From Dicyema japonicum (lineage: Eukaryota > Animalia > Dicyemida), in assembly GCA_011109175.1 (NCBI GenBank), contig RDEW01000001.1:973079-1037078 (forward strand): a stretch of 64,000 nucleotides of DNA, written 5' to 3'. The notes under the pieces were generated by a model. It did no database searches, was not told the origin of the DNA, and saw nothing but the letters and a program-made list of their open reading frames with translations. This document shows, in pieces, positions 24,022 to 36,519 of this stretch. The translations under genes and the position numbers were made by a program. How positions within the stretch are numbered: position 1 is the stretch's first letter; every line of letters starts with the position of its first letter.

Positions 24022-25323
24022 CAGTAAACTCTATCAAATATGCCACTTTTAAATTTGCCAATTCTGAAATTTGCCATTTTTATCGATTTTTTCTATTTTT
24101 TAATAATATTTGCTAATTCTGAAATTTGCCATCATTTTAAAAAATTATTTTTATTTTTTTTAAATATTTTTAAAAATTTAAAAAATTTAAAACAAGCATG
24201 GGTTGGATTGTTCCTGTTGGAGGCTACACCAGACTTTCAATTGCCCAAAAAGTGGAAATATTGGGTATAAAGAAACCAATAAATCAGCTTCATGTCAGAT
24301 GAAATGCAACAGATTTTCTTCTATTTTTAAAAGGAGAATCCCAAGTAGGACAGTCAATGCAATATTAATGAATGCAAAATCGCTTTTATTTCAGTTCAAG
24401 AACAGAAATCCTATACTAAAAACTTGTAAAAATTAAAATAGCCGGAACTTGATGAAAATCTAGTAGATTGGATGGAATCAAAAGGTACACTATTCACTCT
24501 AACATTTAAGGTGCTTTATTGAACGATTCTCTAATATTACACAAGGCAGAATTTTTCGACCTATGGATCTGGGAATCATCAAATCATTCAAAGTTCATTT
24601 TACAAAGCACAAATTTCTACATTTAACGGATATATTGGAATGCGAAAAGAACTTGATATATGAATCATATAAGAAGTTAAATCTCAGGGATACTGTATTG
24701 TTTGTAAAAATGGCATGGGAAGATGTGAAATCCCAAACAATTTCAAACAGTTTTAAATGTCTAGAACGTACAGAATGCGAATCAGAACTTACCAACATAA
24801 ATTTAACCGATGAAATCGTATCCAGAACAGATATTTATGATCCTATTGAATTAGAGAATTTATTTCAATTGATTACAGTGAAAAGGATGCAATTGATGAT
24901 GAAGAGAAATTAATTGCTATTGAGGAACAAGAAGAATCCGGTAGTGTAGAAGTACATGGGTCATTAAACAAGGTTGAAATGCTTTTAAAACTAAGAGAGA
25001 TTGAAAATTATCTTCTAGAAAACATTGAAAATGGGAATGATACCTAATTCATTACTTCTATAAGAAGATATAAAAAAATATTACAAATTCTAATAAGAGG
25101 CAATTGGGAATTGAGTATTATTTTAATAAAATTTAATTAATTTTTGTTTCTTTGGTTAAAAATATTGTTTTCCTTAAAAATAAAATTTATTAATTTTAAA
25201 AGTTTAATTATCCTTTAATAAATTAATTAAAAATTCAAATAAAATTTTATTCTTAAATCTGCCAATTCTCAAATTTGCCACAATTTCGCTAAAACCAAAT
25301 ATGGCAAATTTGAGAGTTTACTG
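24022..25323 (+). mobile_element. pogo/Tigger-like DNA transposon, internally deleted, both TIRs present
   Basis: TA|CAGTAAACTCTATCAAATATGCCA ... TGGCAAATTTGAGAGTTTACTG|TA; subterminal AAATTTGCCA repeats; MDLGIIKSFKVHF...VKMAWEDVKSQTISNSF. Confidence 0.9.
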
Positions 25324-25449
25324 TAAATAACTATGGTTAACCAATAAATTATTTAAACAACGTGGTCGACTTTGAGTTAAAATATTGATTGTGGTTTACC
25401 TTTTTTTCACTCTCTTTATTGAAGTCAATTTTGTTATTATCAAAATATT

Positions 25450-25900
25450 GGACGTACTACTATTTTTATACTCTTTTTAAAGAAGAAATATTTATGTTTC
25501 ATTCAATATTGAATATCCTTTTTTTAAAGAAGATATATTATTTTGTCGTCAATATTTTGGAGTTCTTCGAAGATTGCGGGACATACCCTGTGTTGAGACT
25601 TGTAACGGAGAACTTCAAACAGAAAATGCGGACCCTCCTTGAAAAGCTTTACCTTATCCCATCAATTCCAAGAGCTTTGTTTGGAACTCTATAATTATTT
25701 GCTTCACCTCTGCTGTAGTAATAATATCCATGCGCCATGTCCCAACATGCTCGTCCAGGATTATCATACTCAGAAGAGATTCTTCGGATACAGGGTCCTT
25801 TGGATCACTCCCTTGAATTTTCTCGTGTTGGATGAGAAATGTCACAACTATTTCTGGCCTGTTTTATCATTAATTTTCTCAAGTCGTCAGAAATGGTCCT
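25450..25900 (-). mobile_element. LINE RT-start remnant
   Basis: DIITTAEVKQII followed, after a frameshift, by ALGIDGI (GxDGI motif). Confidence 0.5.
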
Positions 25901-26454
25901 TCTCTTTGATGGATTTTCCTTTCAGGCAAGACGGGAAACGACCAGGTGGAATCACTTGTCATATTGATTTTTTTTAAATAAAAAAGTGGTTTTTAAAATT
26001 TTATTTATTAATTTCATGAGTTTTATGATGTTCCTTGATCCAAAAAATATATTTACCATTATCTAACGTTAATGATTCGCTAAGTGTCACTATTGATCGG
26101 ATAAGTGACTCTATTGATAGGGAAGCTGACTCTATTGGTCGAGAAACCATATATTAATGTATCATTCAATATTGACATGGACAAACATGACCCTACAAAT
26201 AATAATACTTTAAATGGAGTCATTTGATTTGTCCCCCTGAAGGGACATAGCGGTGATCGAAATGACGTTGAGCGTCATTTCATTAAAACTCAATCTATGT
26301 AGCGCACAGCCATATTGCAAAGGAGAGATAAACAGTAGTACCACAACTATACAGTATCTCTAGGATGGATAGTCCCTACATTATCACCAACTACAGAGGT
26401 GGGTGAACACTGTCTCTTCAGCAGCTTTTTAGAATGCGAGACAATTGCCATATC

Positions 26455-28037
26455 TCACCATTATTAATAATAGTTTTAATAATTGTTTTAAAATTTAAAA
26501 AAATAATTTTAATTCACTCGTTGAAATATTATTTATTTAATGTCAGGTGTGCGTAAACAATCACGGATTATAGTACAGGAAAACAGAGGATTCAAATATG
26601 AATGGGGGGAAAAGTTCTTTAAGATTAAAATAAATGGCAAAGTACATTGTTTAATATGTCACGCAACGATAACATCGTTAAAAACCTACTCCGTCAAAAG
26701 ACATTATCAACAGCACGAATCAATTTATGATTGTTTTCAAGGCGATTCTAGAAAACAAAAAGTCGTTTTGTTAAAATCCATTTAATGTGGTGCCTTTTCC
26801 AAAGCCGCAAACATGGCTTCAACAAAAATTAGTAATTTTATAGCAAAGCATATGAAGCCATATACTGATGGCGGAATTTTGAAAGAAAATTTAAATATTT
26901 TTTAAATGAAATTGATGCCGATTATGGAGATGTGATTCTTCATACTGCAGTTAGATGGTTATTTCGTTCTGCATGTCTAAAAAGGTATATCATTTAATAT
27001 TTAGAAATTATTTATAGGTTTTTATAAATTGCTTCCTGAAATTAAAAAANATGATTGTTTTCAAGGCAATTCTAGAAAACAAAAAGTCGTTTTGTTAAAA
27101 TCCCAATATTTCAAACAATCTTCATTTTTTAATGTGGTGCCTCTTCCAAAGATACAAATATGGCTTTAACAAAAATTAGTCATCTTATAGCAAAGCATAT
27201 GAAGCCATATACTGATGGCGGAATTTTGAAGGATAATTTAAATATTTTTTAAATGAAATTGATGCCGATTATGGAGATGTGATTCTTCATGCTGCAGTTA
27301 GATGGTTATTTCGTTCTGCATGTCTAAAAAGGTATATCATTTAATATTTAGAAATTATTTATAAGTTTTATAAATTGCTTCCTGAAATTAAAAAAAATTT
27401 AATCAAGATAAAGTACATCATCTTCAACTGTATGATCAAAAATTGGTTCCAGATTAGCCCTTTTTTGTTGATATGTCATTCCAAATGGAATTGACTGAAT
27501 TGACAGCCGATTTACAGTTGAACGCTTTATTTAACAACACTTCTCTTATCAAATCTTACCAATCTCTACCAAAAGAAAAAATTAACAATTTTCTGACACA
27601 TGAATATTTAAATTTCGGATCAACTTATGTTTGTGAATTCATTTTCAGCTAAATGGTTCAAATAAAGACAAATACCGGAATAAACTGACAGATATGAATC
27701 TAAATCAGTTGTTACGGACCTCGACATCTTCTATTGTACCAGTTTTTAAAGAGCTAGTTGATTAATGGTTTATAAATATACTTTTGCTTTCTTTTTTAAC
27801 CCTGGGTCANGAATGTTTCAATTTCGGATCAACTTATGTTTGTGAATTCATTTTCAGCTAAATGGTTCAAATAAAGACAAATACCGGAATAAACTGACAG
27901 ATATGAATCTAAATCAGTTGTTACGGACCTCGACATCTTCTATTGTACCAGTTTTTAAAGAGCTAGTTGATTAATGGTTTATAAATATACTTTTGCTTTC
28001 TTTTTTAACCCTGGGTCAAAATTCTTGAAAACCACTG
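26455..28037 (+). mobile_element. hAT transposon remnant (SPIN/Charlie; GTF2IRD2/EPM2AIP1-like)
   Basis: RGFKYEW..KFF...NGKVHCLICHATITSLKTYSVKRHY zinc finger; DYGDVILHTAVRWL; FGSTYVCEFIFS; right TIR TTGAAAACCACTG at 28025-28037; internal duplications. Confidence 0.85.
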
Positions 28038-28084
28038 GTCTATAAAAAAATAAGCAAGATAATTATATTTAAACAAAAAAACAA

Positions 28085-28623
28085 TCAACCGACGGATATA
28101 CACTAGCCGCCCTGACTTCATGGCTATTCGGTCTCAGGATGGCTAGCGTGATTCGGCAAAGTAGTAACAGCGCTCACGGAGATCTCTTGTTCGTGTAGAA
28201 ATCAGATTTCCTAGACGACACAGGAATTCCAGCAAAAATATAAGCTAGATTCAATTTTTATTTTTATTAAACTGACCTTTCTCCAGTAGGAACAGTGCAG
28301 GCAGATTTCCCAGACACATGGCCTTGAAGGAAGTCGTTAGACGAGCTTTGGACGACGCCGGACACCCCTCCATGCTTGAACCAGTCGGTCTTTGCAGGCG
28401 CGACGGGAAACGACCAGATAAGATGACAATCTCCCCTTTTGAAGTCGGGAAACCTCTTGTCTGGGACTACCTGCAGCGACACGTTTGTCACTTGCAATGA
28501 AACGGGAAAAGTACGCGGTCCTACACAAGGATTCTTTGTTTGTTCCACTCGCCGTTGAGACGTTTGGTTCTCTTGTGCTTGCGACTCTGGAATACTTGAG
28601 TCGTCTAGGGAATCGGATCGCTA
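28085..28623 (+). mobile_element. CRE-like (RLE) LINE fragment running into a gap
   Basis: [36 protein letters not shown]...GKPLVWD; FVPLAVETFGS. Confidence 0.85.
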
Positions 28624-29182
28624 NNNNNNNNNNNNNNNNNNNNNNNNNNNNNNNNNNNNNNNNNNNNNNNNNNNNNNNNNNNNNNNNNNNNNNNNNNNNN
28701 NNNNNNNNNNNNNNNNNNNNNNNNNNNNNNNNNNNNNNNNNNNNNNNNNNNNNNNNNNNNNNNNNNNNNNNNNNNNNNNNNNNNNNNNNNNNNNNNNNNN
28801 NNNNNNNNNNNNNNNNNNNNNNNNNNNNNNNNNNNNNNNNNNNNNNNNNNNNNNNNNNNNNNNNNNNNNNNNNNNNNNNNNNNNNNNNNNNNNNNNNNNN
28901 NNNNNNNNNNNNNNNNNNNNNNNNNNNNNNNNNNNNNNNNNNNNNNNNNNNNNNNNNNNNNNNNNNNNNNNNNNNNNNNNNNNNNNNNNNNNNNNNNNNN
29001 NNNNNNNNNNNNNNNNNNNNNNNNNNNNNNNNNNNNNNNNNNNNNNNNNNNNNNNNNNNNNNNNNNNNNNNNNNNNNNNNNNNNNNNNNNNNNNNNNNNN
29101 NNNNNNNNNNNNNNNNNNNNNNNNNNNNNNNNNNNNNNNNNNNNNNNNNNNNNNNNNNNNNNNNNNNNNNNNNNNNNNNNNN
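28624..29182. other. Assembly gap
   Basis: Run of N. Confidence 1.
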
Positions 29183-30759
29183 ATATTTTCTTATCATTGA
29201 TTGACACATTAATATTTTGTCGTCAATTTAGGCTGAGATGTTATTAGCTATTGAATGACACATAATACTTAATTTTCACGGAGAGTTTTCCATCACATTT
29301 TTATGAATCATAATAAGGGAGTACAATTGTATTTGGATGTTTCGCTGGATTTTCGGTTACCACCATCAACCATAAATATCCTAAAAACAATTTTCCAATA
29401 TCTGCCATGTTCCAACCCCCAGTCAAAATCGAAGATTAACGATATCCTCTATTCAATATGCGCAGCAAATTTGGCAATTATAACTGCCACTGCAACGCTA
29501 CCAATGCAGACTTTCACAGAGATCGTGCTTTCTCCCAACACTGTCTACGTGAAACCAGCCTTTCGACTGATAAAATCGGATTTGGTATTATTCTTAGTAA
29601 CGTCTGCAATACTAAATCTTGAATTGTCTATTGTTTATGCACGTGGAACTTGCATTCGAAAGATGGTGATAATCATATTTGTCTTTTTACTATTCCGCCT
29701 ATAACCTTTATTATTTTTCGAGGATTTCAATGTTGGAATTTGAGGAACAATGTGTTGAAGTGTTGCAAGTTTTAAGTATCTACCAATATTATGTCGACTA
29801 TTATCTGATAGAAGCCTCCACTCAGTAAGATCGTCATAACTATCATCTAATAGGATTATGATTACTTAATGTACTACTGGTTTACCTGTTAGGGTGATTT
29901 TATACCACAGATGGCTGCCAGGGAGAGAATGGACATGCTATATGACCATCTTATCAGCCTAACCTGTGAGGTTGGGGGTTCCTTTGCCCATATTCGTGAA
30001 AGTATATTCGGATAAAGTGGGACCGTTGGTGGTTCATTCCAGAAGGATTCAGAAATTGTTAGAACAAAGCTCACCAAATTAGTCGGTTCTAATACTCTTT
30101 TTCTCGGTAGTCATGGGGTTACTAAAAACATATCTTCCAGTTAGGCTGAGGTGGTGGAATATTTGGCGCATTATGCCTGTCCCCATCCTTAATGTAGAAA
30201 ACATCCAATACGCGTACTTTTTGAAGGAGGAACCTGATACGCAAATATTCGAATACACTCTGACCCAAATTGGAGGAACTCGGATAACTACCGCATACTT
30301 TGAGGAGGAACGAGTGAATTATTAGTTAACTAATCACTCTCCAATGGTCTACCGGAATACACCGAGAAAGAAGTTAACGACTAAATAAATTTATCTAGTT
30401 TCCATGGTTACAGAGACCTTCCAATATCAAACATGTTCACCAAGAACCAGTGAGAATGAGAGAAAACACCTTTGCAGTTATATAACCACTTTCTGTTAAG
30501 TAGAGGAGACCAAATGATCCTATTTCATGTCACTTGTGACGAGTAGATTAAATAGGGCAACTTTGGTAAAGCAATGAAAGAGACACAACATATGAAAAAA
30601 AGAGATATTTCCGATAAAGTAGCAAGCGCAATGTCACAGGTGTGATCCCTTAACCGTTAGGCAACATGGCATATTCTCAGAACTAATGATTTCTTGAAGG
30701 ACTATGAATAACTAAGGATGATCGAAATAACAAAGTTTAGAATTATAATCCAGTCCTAA

Positions 30760-31215
30760 AAGCTGAAAAGGTCCCCGGTTATAATTTTATTGTTGTCCAT
30801 TCGGATGAAGGTTCCACGCATCTACGATGCTATAGGGTTGACGAGTGACGCCTTCGAGTGAAAGAAAACGGTGGCTGACAAAATCGTTTCAGCCAAAAGC
30901 GTGCCCTCTCAGAAACCCGACAGGTATATNGATACCTTAACCGTTAGGCAACCTGGCATATTCTCAGAACTAATGATCTCTTGCAGGACTATGAATAACT
31001 AAGGATGATCGAAATAACAAAGTTTAGAACTATAATCCAATCCTAAAAGCTGAAACGGTCCCCGGTTAGAATCTCACTGTTGTCCATTCGGATGAAGGTT
31101 CCACGCATCTACGATGCTATAGGGTTGACGAGTGACGCCTTCGAGTGAAAGAAAACGGTGGCTGACAAAAACGTTTCAGCCAAAAGCGTGCCCTTTCAGA
31201 AACCCGACAGGTATA
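30760..31215 (+). mobile_element. tRNA-derived SINE (two N-joined copies)
   Basis: B-box-like GGTTAGAATCTC, then GATGAAGGTTCCACGCATCTACGATGC..GGTTGACGAGTGACGCC, homologous to the reverse complement of 56345-56430. Confidence 0.6.
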
Positions 31216-31649
31216 TTAGGTTCTGTGAACCAAAGTTGGCTTTCATGTGATCACCTGCCCGTGTAGAAAACTGCCTACATTTGTAGCGAACAGATCCACC
31301 AAACAACTACCAAATAGTGACTTAAGGACGACCGCCGAACTACCGTTCCCAAAATTTTTTTATCTCATAAAATTTCCGTTGAATTGGCAGTGAAAAACTT
31401 AAAGTTCGTAATCTATCGATTTCTGCCATTAGAAATGTCGGAACTTTATTGATTTGTCAGATAATGAGTAATGGTGACTAATAAAGACAAAATATAAATT
31501 ATATTTTCGTGAAAATAAAACACGTGGTTAAAATGTCGGAGGGTTGAGGTGATGACGTACTTCGATTGCACAAAATGTCTTTTAAGCTTAATGAAGGATG
31601 AAAACCCTGGTGTTTTTTCTCGTAAGGGTGGACGATGTGATGGAATCAG

Positions 31650-32330
31650 GGGAGATCGGATATCCAGAACTATGAACAAAGGTGATGTGATGCTATATAG
31701 TCCGGCTTGAGTCTCGTCCACCCAAATTGGAAGAACTTGGAGGATCATTTGCCAAACAAATTAGGTTCAGGATATTGCGGTTTATAAGTGGTATTATCGT
31801 TGTCCCACAAATCCGATATTTTTAAAAATATTTCAGATTAATGAGGCTTATACAACCAAAGTTCTCCAAAAGGCAGGATATCCTTCTAAGACATACGAAT
31901 GGTTCCTTCAGAAATATCATATATGGTGATCCGTTGAATTTTTTGTAGAATTGGACTATTTTACATTGTAAAGCCGATTAAATCTAAGTAAGATTAGTTA
32001 TCCTATTAATCTCGATCATCACTGAATCGACGACTTAAGTTCACCTAAATTCAGCACACACGCACCTTGGAAGGTTCTCTGCTCGTCACTAGTGCAACAC
32101 CACCGACGATATCAGTGAGTAAACTCCACGCACATCTCGAGGATGCAATTTTGAGGAGGCATCTAGGTCCTCTGCCTCATTTAGCTTCATTTTTGAATTC
32201 CTTAGGTCTTTTTGGGTTGAAACTTATGGTAGGTACCTCGGTCGTTCTCGATATCCTCTAGTGAAGTCTAGGTAAGCTTCCATTTAATCGTTGGGAGGTA
32301 ACGTTGGCTACATTATAAGGATTTGCCTAA
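31650..32330 (+). mobile_element. Penelope-like element remnant (RT C-terminus and GIY-YIG)
   Basis: DIAVYK...TKVLQKAGYPSKTY resembles the PLE ..L..NGYP motif; downstream CNTTDDISE*TPRTSR..FEE resembles a decayed C..C..YIG.T.R.L..R..EH. Confidence 0.45.
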
Positions 32331-32894
32331 AAAGTAAATATTTTTAATATAAAATCCACAAAACAAATTAAAAATTAAATTTAAACCAAAACTAATTCTA
32401 TGGCATCAATAATGTCCAATTTCCATAATAATAATTAAGACTAAATAGAATTTTATTGGCCACGTCACCACTTTTAGTTGATTAAAAAAACAACTATCAA
32501 AGTGAGAAATCATCGAACCAAGATTTATCAGTCGCCGAATAACCCACTTTTCAAGCCATCCATCATTTCAACGTCTGATTTTTTGTTATCACCATTTTGT
32601 TCGATAAATCCATTTTAATGGCTAACATTTACAAAAATGGGCATTTTGTCCCTAAAAGACGCCAAGCAATTAGACTAACATTCAACGACATCAAGCAGTA
32701 ATAAACCACAGAAACACTCACTTTAACGACTTGCAATTTGAATAATGTAACGATGTAGGTCAGCTCGACCTCTTTCTGGATCTCCTCGACATTGGTCGCT
32801 ACTTAATGCAAAGTCATAGTCATAGTTTACTGTGGACTGTTGATTGATGCCAATAAATTAGCCTAAGCAACCGATTGATTAATCGTACGCTGCA

Positions 32895-32901
32895 TATAAA
32901 A
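32895..32901 (+). promoter_or_regulatory. TATA box upstream of the STAR gene
   Basis: TATAAAA ends 47 nt before ATG 32948; CCAAT at ~32850. Confidence 0.5.
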
Positions 32902-32947
32902 CGCTGATTAGCGGGTTTTGCGTCTTGTCGACAGTTTTTGGGTTGTT

Positions 32948-34162
32948 ATGGATTCTGTTCGAAGTCAGGCTTCTCCAATGTCTCCAGGAAAGTCGAATGC
33001 TGCGCCAATAAATGCAACATTCTACTTAGAGCAGTTGCTATGGGACAAATATGCCATAGAATGTATGCCTAATGTATTTACCTGTGTGGAAAAGCTTCTT
33101 GACGAAGGTTAGCCTCCTTAAGAGATCATTCTTGTAGAGATCCGCAAAGTCAAGGCTTCCCTGCTTAACATAAACGAGGAGGATATCCCCGAGCACGAAC
33201 CTCAGGGCGGCAAGGGTCCAGTTGTGGCTTTGTCGGAGAAGCTTTATGTCCCGTATAAAGAATTCCCTGAAGTAGGAGTTATTGGAATTAATTTTAGTTC
33301 AATTTTGTGGGTAGAATTCTCGGTCCACGTGGGATGACCGCGAAACAGCTCGAACAGAAGACTGGCTGTAAGATTATGGTCAGAGGGAAGGGATCGATGA
33401 GGGATAAGAATAAGGTTATTAGCTTTATTATTCCGGCTTAATTAACATAAATGCTATTTTATCAAATTTATTGGTGAATGCGGCTTTCTATATTTCTGCG
33501 GTCATTTTCCGTTACCGCTATTTCAGGAGGACAGTAATCGCGGAAAACCCAACTGGGAGCATTTAAACGAGGATCTACACGTGCTGATTACAGTGGAAGA
33601 CTACAAAGAGATTGCTGAGATCAAAATTGAAAAAGCAAAGAGGGAAATCAACAAACTTCTGATTCCTTCGGTTTCTTGTGGTAATTACCGGTAGACTAAC
33701 GGAGAGGACGATCTGAAGAAGTTCCAACTTATGGAACTAGCAATATTGAATGGTACATATAGAAATGATGCCTATGAAATATACAAAAAAAGTAGTTATA
33801 TTAAAAATTTATTATAACCTATTTATTTTTTTAAATATATTTTTTTAGGCAAAAGATACGATTCGAATCATGTGGAAAGAAGAGTTATGAGTAATCCCTT
33901 CCCAGGAGGCGTATATTACCCTCACTGTATGCAAGGTCAAGGGAAGTCGAACAAAGATTTCTCTGACTGTACAAAGTCATCCCCAGGGTCTTCGATTGGA
34001 ATGTTGGGGTGTCCATATCAGACCCCTTACTCACCATATTTTGGAAGCAATAACGAAATGGCGGGAGTGTTTTATGTGGATCCATACTCTCCGTTGGCAG
34101 GATCTACCTACTTTGGAGGTCAACGATATCCTGAGTCGTCTTCAAAGACCGACTGTGATTGA
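32948..34162 (+). CDS. QKI: STAR-family KH RNA-binding protein (Quaking/HOW-like); exons 32948-33107, 33138-33271, 33298-33414, 33527-33670, 33695-33791, 33849-34162
   Basis: QUA1 YLEQLL..PNVF..EKLLDEEIRKV; [71 protein letters not shown]; QUA2 [21 protein letters not shown]; Tyr/Pro-rich tail; introns of 30, 26, 112, 24 and 57 nt. Confidence 0.95.
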
Positions 34163-34649
34163 TTCCCTTCATATTTATGTTTTCCAAGACATTATTTAGA
34201 TTAGTTATCCTGCTGGGATTATTTATGGAATTTTTGTTATATTTGAGTTTTCTAAACATAAGATAGATTTTTGAATAAAATTTGCTTCCTTATAGATGGC
34301 TAACCTCCATTAATACTAACACGTGGCTTGGACCATTAAGGGATCAAATCTCAGTATGAATAAGCTACGTTGACCTCATTTCTGGTAACTTGTTGTAAGT
34401 CATCGAAATTGATCTTTTTGGGTTCAAGTGGGTTGATTATCCGAAAGCTGCTGTTTTTGCCAGATACTGTATGGTCTTACTTGAGGTATTCGACGCAGAA
34501 TTGGCCGCCAGTGTAGCTTAGATGACAAAAGAAAGAGACACCAGTGATGAATAAACAGATTCTTTCACTCTATTCTGTTGAGACTTCTGAAGTGCTCGTC
34601 TCCAGCATACTAGGAATTGTTAAAATGATCAGACTTCTTGTCAAATGAT

Positions 34650-35175
34650 AGCAGGGATAGCCTCGAATGACACGTTTGTTCTTCCAGAAAATTGACATTG
34701 AAATGAGCGAAGAGACCACAACAAAAAACTAGAACTAATAAACTAGACGATCTCGTCACGTTTCAGCAGAGCCCTTAACTAAGTATTATTTCTTTGAGCT
34801 CATACAAGATTGAAGTGGAGACGCCTTTCACTTGTTATGTCTGAAAAGCACGAATGACATTCAATGTCAGGTGGTTAGGCACGACTGTCAGATGATCTCA
34901 TCTTTCCCATGGCCNTAGCAGGGATAGCCTTGAATGACACGTTGGTTCTTCCAGAAAATTGACATTGAAATGAACGAAGAGACCACAACCAAAAAACTAG
35001 AACTAGTAAACTAGGCGATCTCGTCACGTTTCAGCAGAGCCCTTAACTAGGTATTATTTCTTTGAGCTCATACAAGGTTGAAGTGGAGACGCCTTTCACT
35101 TGTTATGTCTGAAAAGCACGGATGACATTCAATGTCAGGTGGTTAGGCACGACTGTCAGATGATCTCATCTTTAC
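34650..35175 (-). repeat. Tandem pair (~265 bp) of a retroposon 3' end with shared tail
   Basis: GCAGGGATAGCCT...CATCTTT occurs twice; reverse complement has GGGCTCTGCTGAAACGTGACGAGATCG..TAGTT. Confidence 0.8.
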
Positions 35176-35812
35176 CATGAACTAGTATCTGTTTGCTCCC
35201 TCAAAGAAACACAAAAAACATCTCAATTGATGAGGATTACAGGGAATAAAAATTTCTTTTACACTATGTTTTTTTTAGCGCTATTAGGAACAATCGGTTT
35301 TAGAGGCTTTGGTTGAATAACTCTTTTGATCGAAATTTGTGGTTTATTTTAACTTTATGACGGTAAATTCTGATTTGCTTTTTTAACAGCGATGAATTGA
35401 AAATTCATAGATTCTGTTATGAAGATTGAATGACTACTCCAGTAACTATCTAGCCACCGCTATTTTCTGCACATTCTGACGCCGATTCTGCTGAACGGAA
35501 ATAATTCAAGTTCTTAGCTATCGGAGATCGGTTCCAATCGATTTCGAAACTTCTAGGGCAGTGGAAGAATCACTAAAGGAGTTATCTATTAAATTGGAGA
35601 TGCAATCACGATGCGTCTTAGACACTCAAGTGAACAGAAATGGTCCTGCACCTCGGAATCGCCACCGTCCCCGGAAATGCGCAGTCTCTATGCAGCCTGA
35701 GCCTAATTTGTATCTATTCCTTAGTAAAGAACTTATAAAATAAAGTTACCTATCATATTTAAGATTATATATAGAACCATAAGATATCGAGATTATGATC
35801 GATAGTCCACAC

Positions 35813-35890
35813 CAGTGGTTCTCATCTTTTTTCCCGCTGCCCATTTTGAAATTTCATCATCCCATCTAAAAATTTGCACCGCCCATAAGT
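35813..35890 (+). mobile_element. hAT left-end fragment
   Basis: CAGTGGTTCTCA terminus with a GC-richer subterminal region; no matching right end found. Confidence 0.4.
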
Positions 35891-35949
35891 AAATTTATTT
35901 TTTTTAAATATAATTTTATAAAATTAATAACTCATGTATTATTTTAAAA

Positions 35950-36178
35950 CCACGTGCCACCATGTGGTGCTGTGTAGCTAACTGGTTGAAAATTTCTCTT
36001 CCTTCCCTCTGAAGGAGTCATTGGATCCACTTTACTCAGAAGAGCCCAATGTTTGGCCGACATTCTGAAGGATCCAACTATTCTTTCCACCGGGAGACAA
36101 TTTCGTTCCGTAGCGACAAGCTCTGGAATCGATCTCAGCTCCCCGGACAACGTCCTCTGGATCAATGTTCTTGGATGA
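35950..36178 (+). mobile_element. Short retroposon family B (tail missing)
   Basis: CACGTGCCACCATGTGGTGCTGTGTAG...GGATCCACTTTACTCAGAAGAGCCCAATG; the + frame reads YSFHRETISF..KLWN, resembling the end of a LINE ORF2. Confidence 0.75.
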
Positions 36179-36419
36179 AAATTCTGTTGGCTCACTTAAA
36201 ATCAAATATCACCTCGCAAACTTTCAATTTATTTCGTTCACTTCTCAATAAATAATTAAGTGAGCTGAATCCTCCTTCAACATGATATGAAGTTGGAAAG
36301 TACAAGATTATGAGATCGAGTTCCACTTGAAAACTGTTCTATAATCTTAATTCTAGCAAAATTGAGGTATTCTGAAAGTTAACTTCATATTATGTATTAT
36401 TTTTAAGGTCTATTTATTT

Positions 36420-36515
36420 CGTAGGAGGAAAAAACACCGAGCAAAGATGAGAATGCATAGGGATTACGTGATGATTAGTCGGTTTTACCGTGGTCTTGGG
36501 TTGTTAAATAAATCA
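36420..36515 (+). repeat. Shared retro 3' tail
   Basis: GGGATTACGTGATGATTAGTCGGTTTTACCGTGGTCTTGGGTTGTTAAATAAA. Confidence 0.7.
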
Positions 36516-36519
36516 ACGA

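Noticed and set aside
28337-29209. Long track ORFs across N gaps (also 14934-15171 and 50142-50626)
   Set aside because: Artefacts of translating Ns.
35944-36195. 83-aa minus-strand ORF in family B as a small gene
   Set aside because: The homologous frame in the 3.2 kb and 57.4 kb copies has several stops; it is the antisense strand of a LINE remnant.
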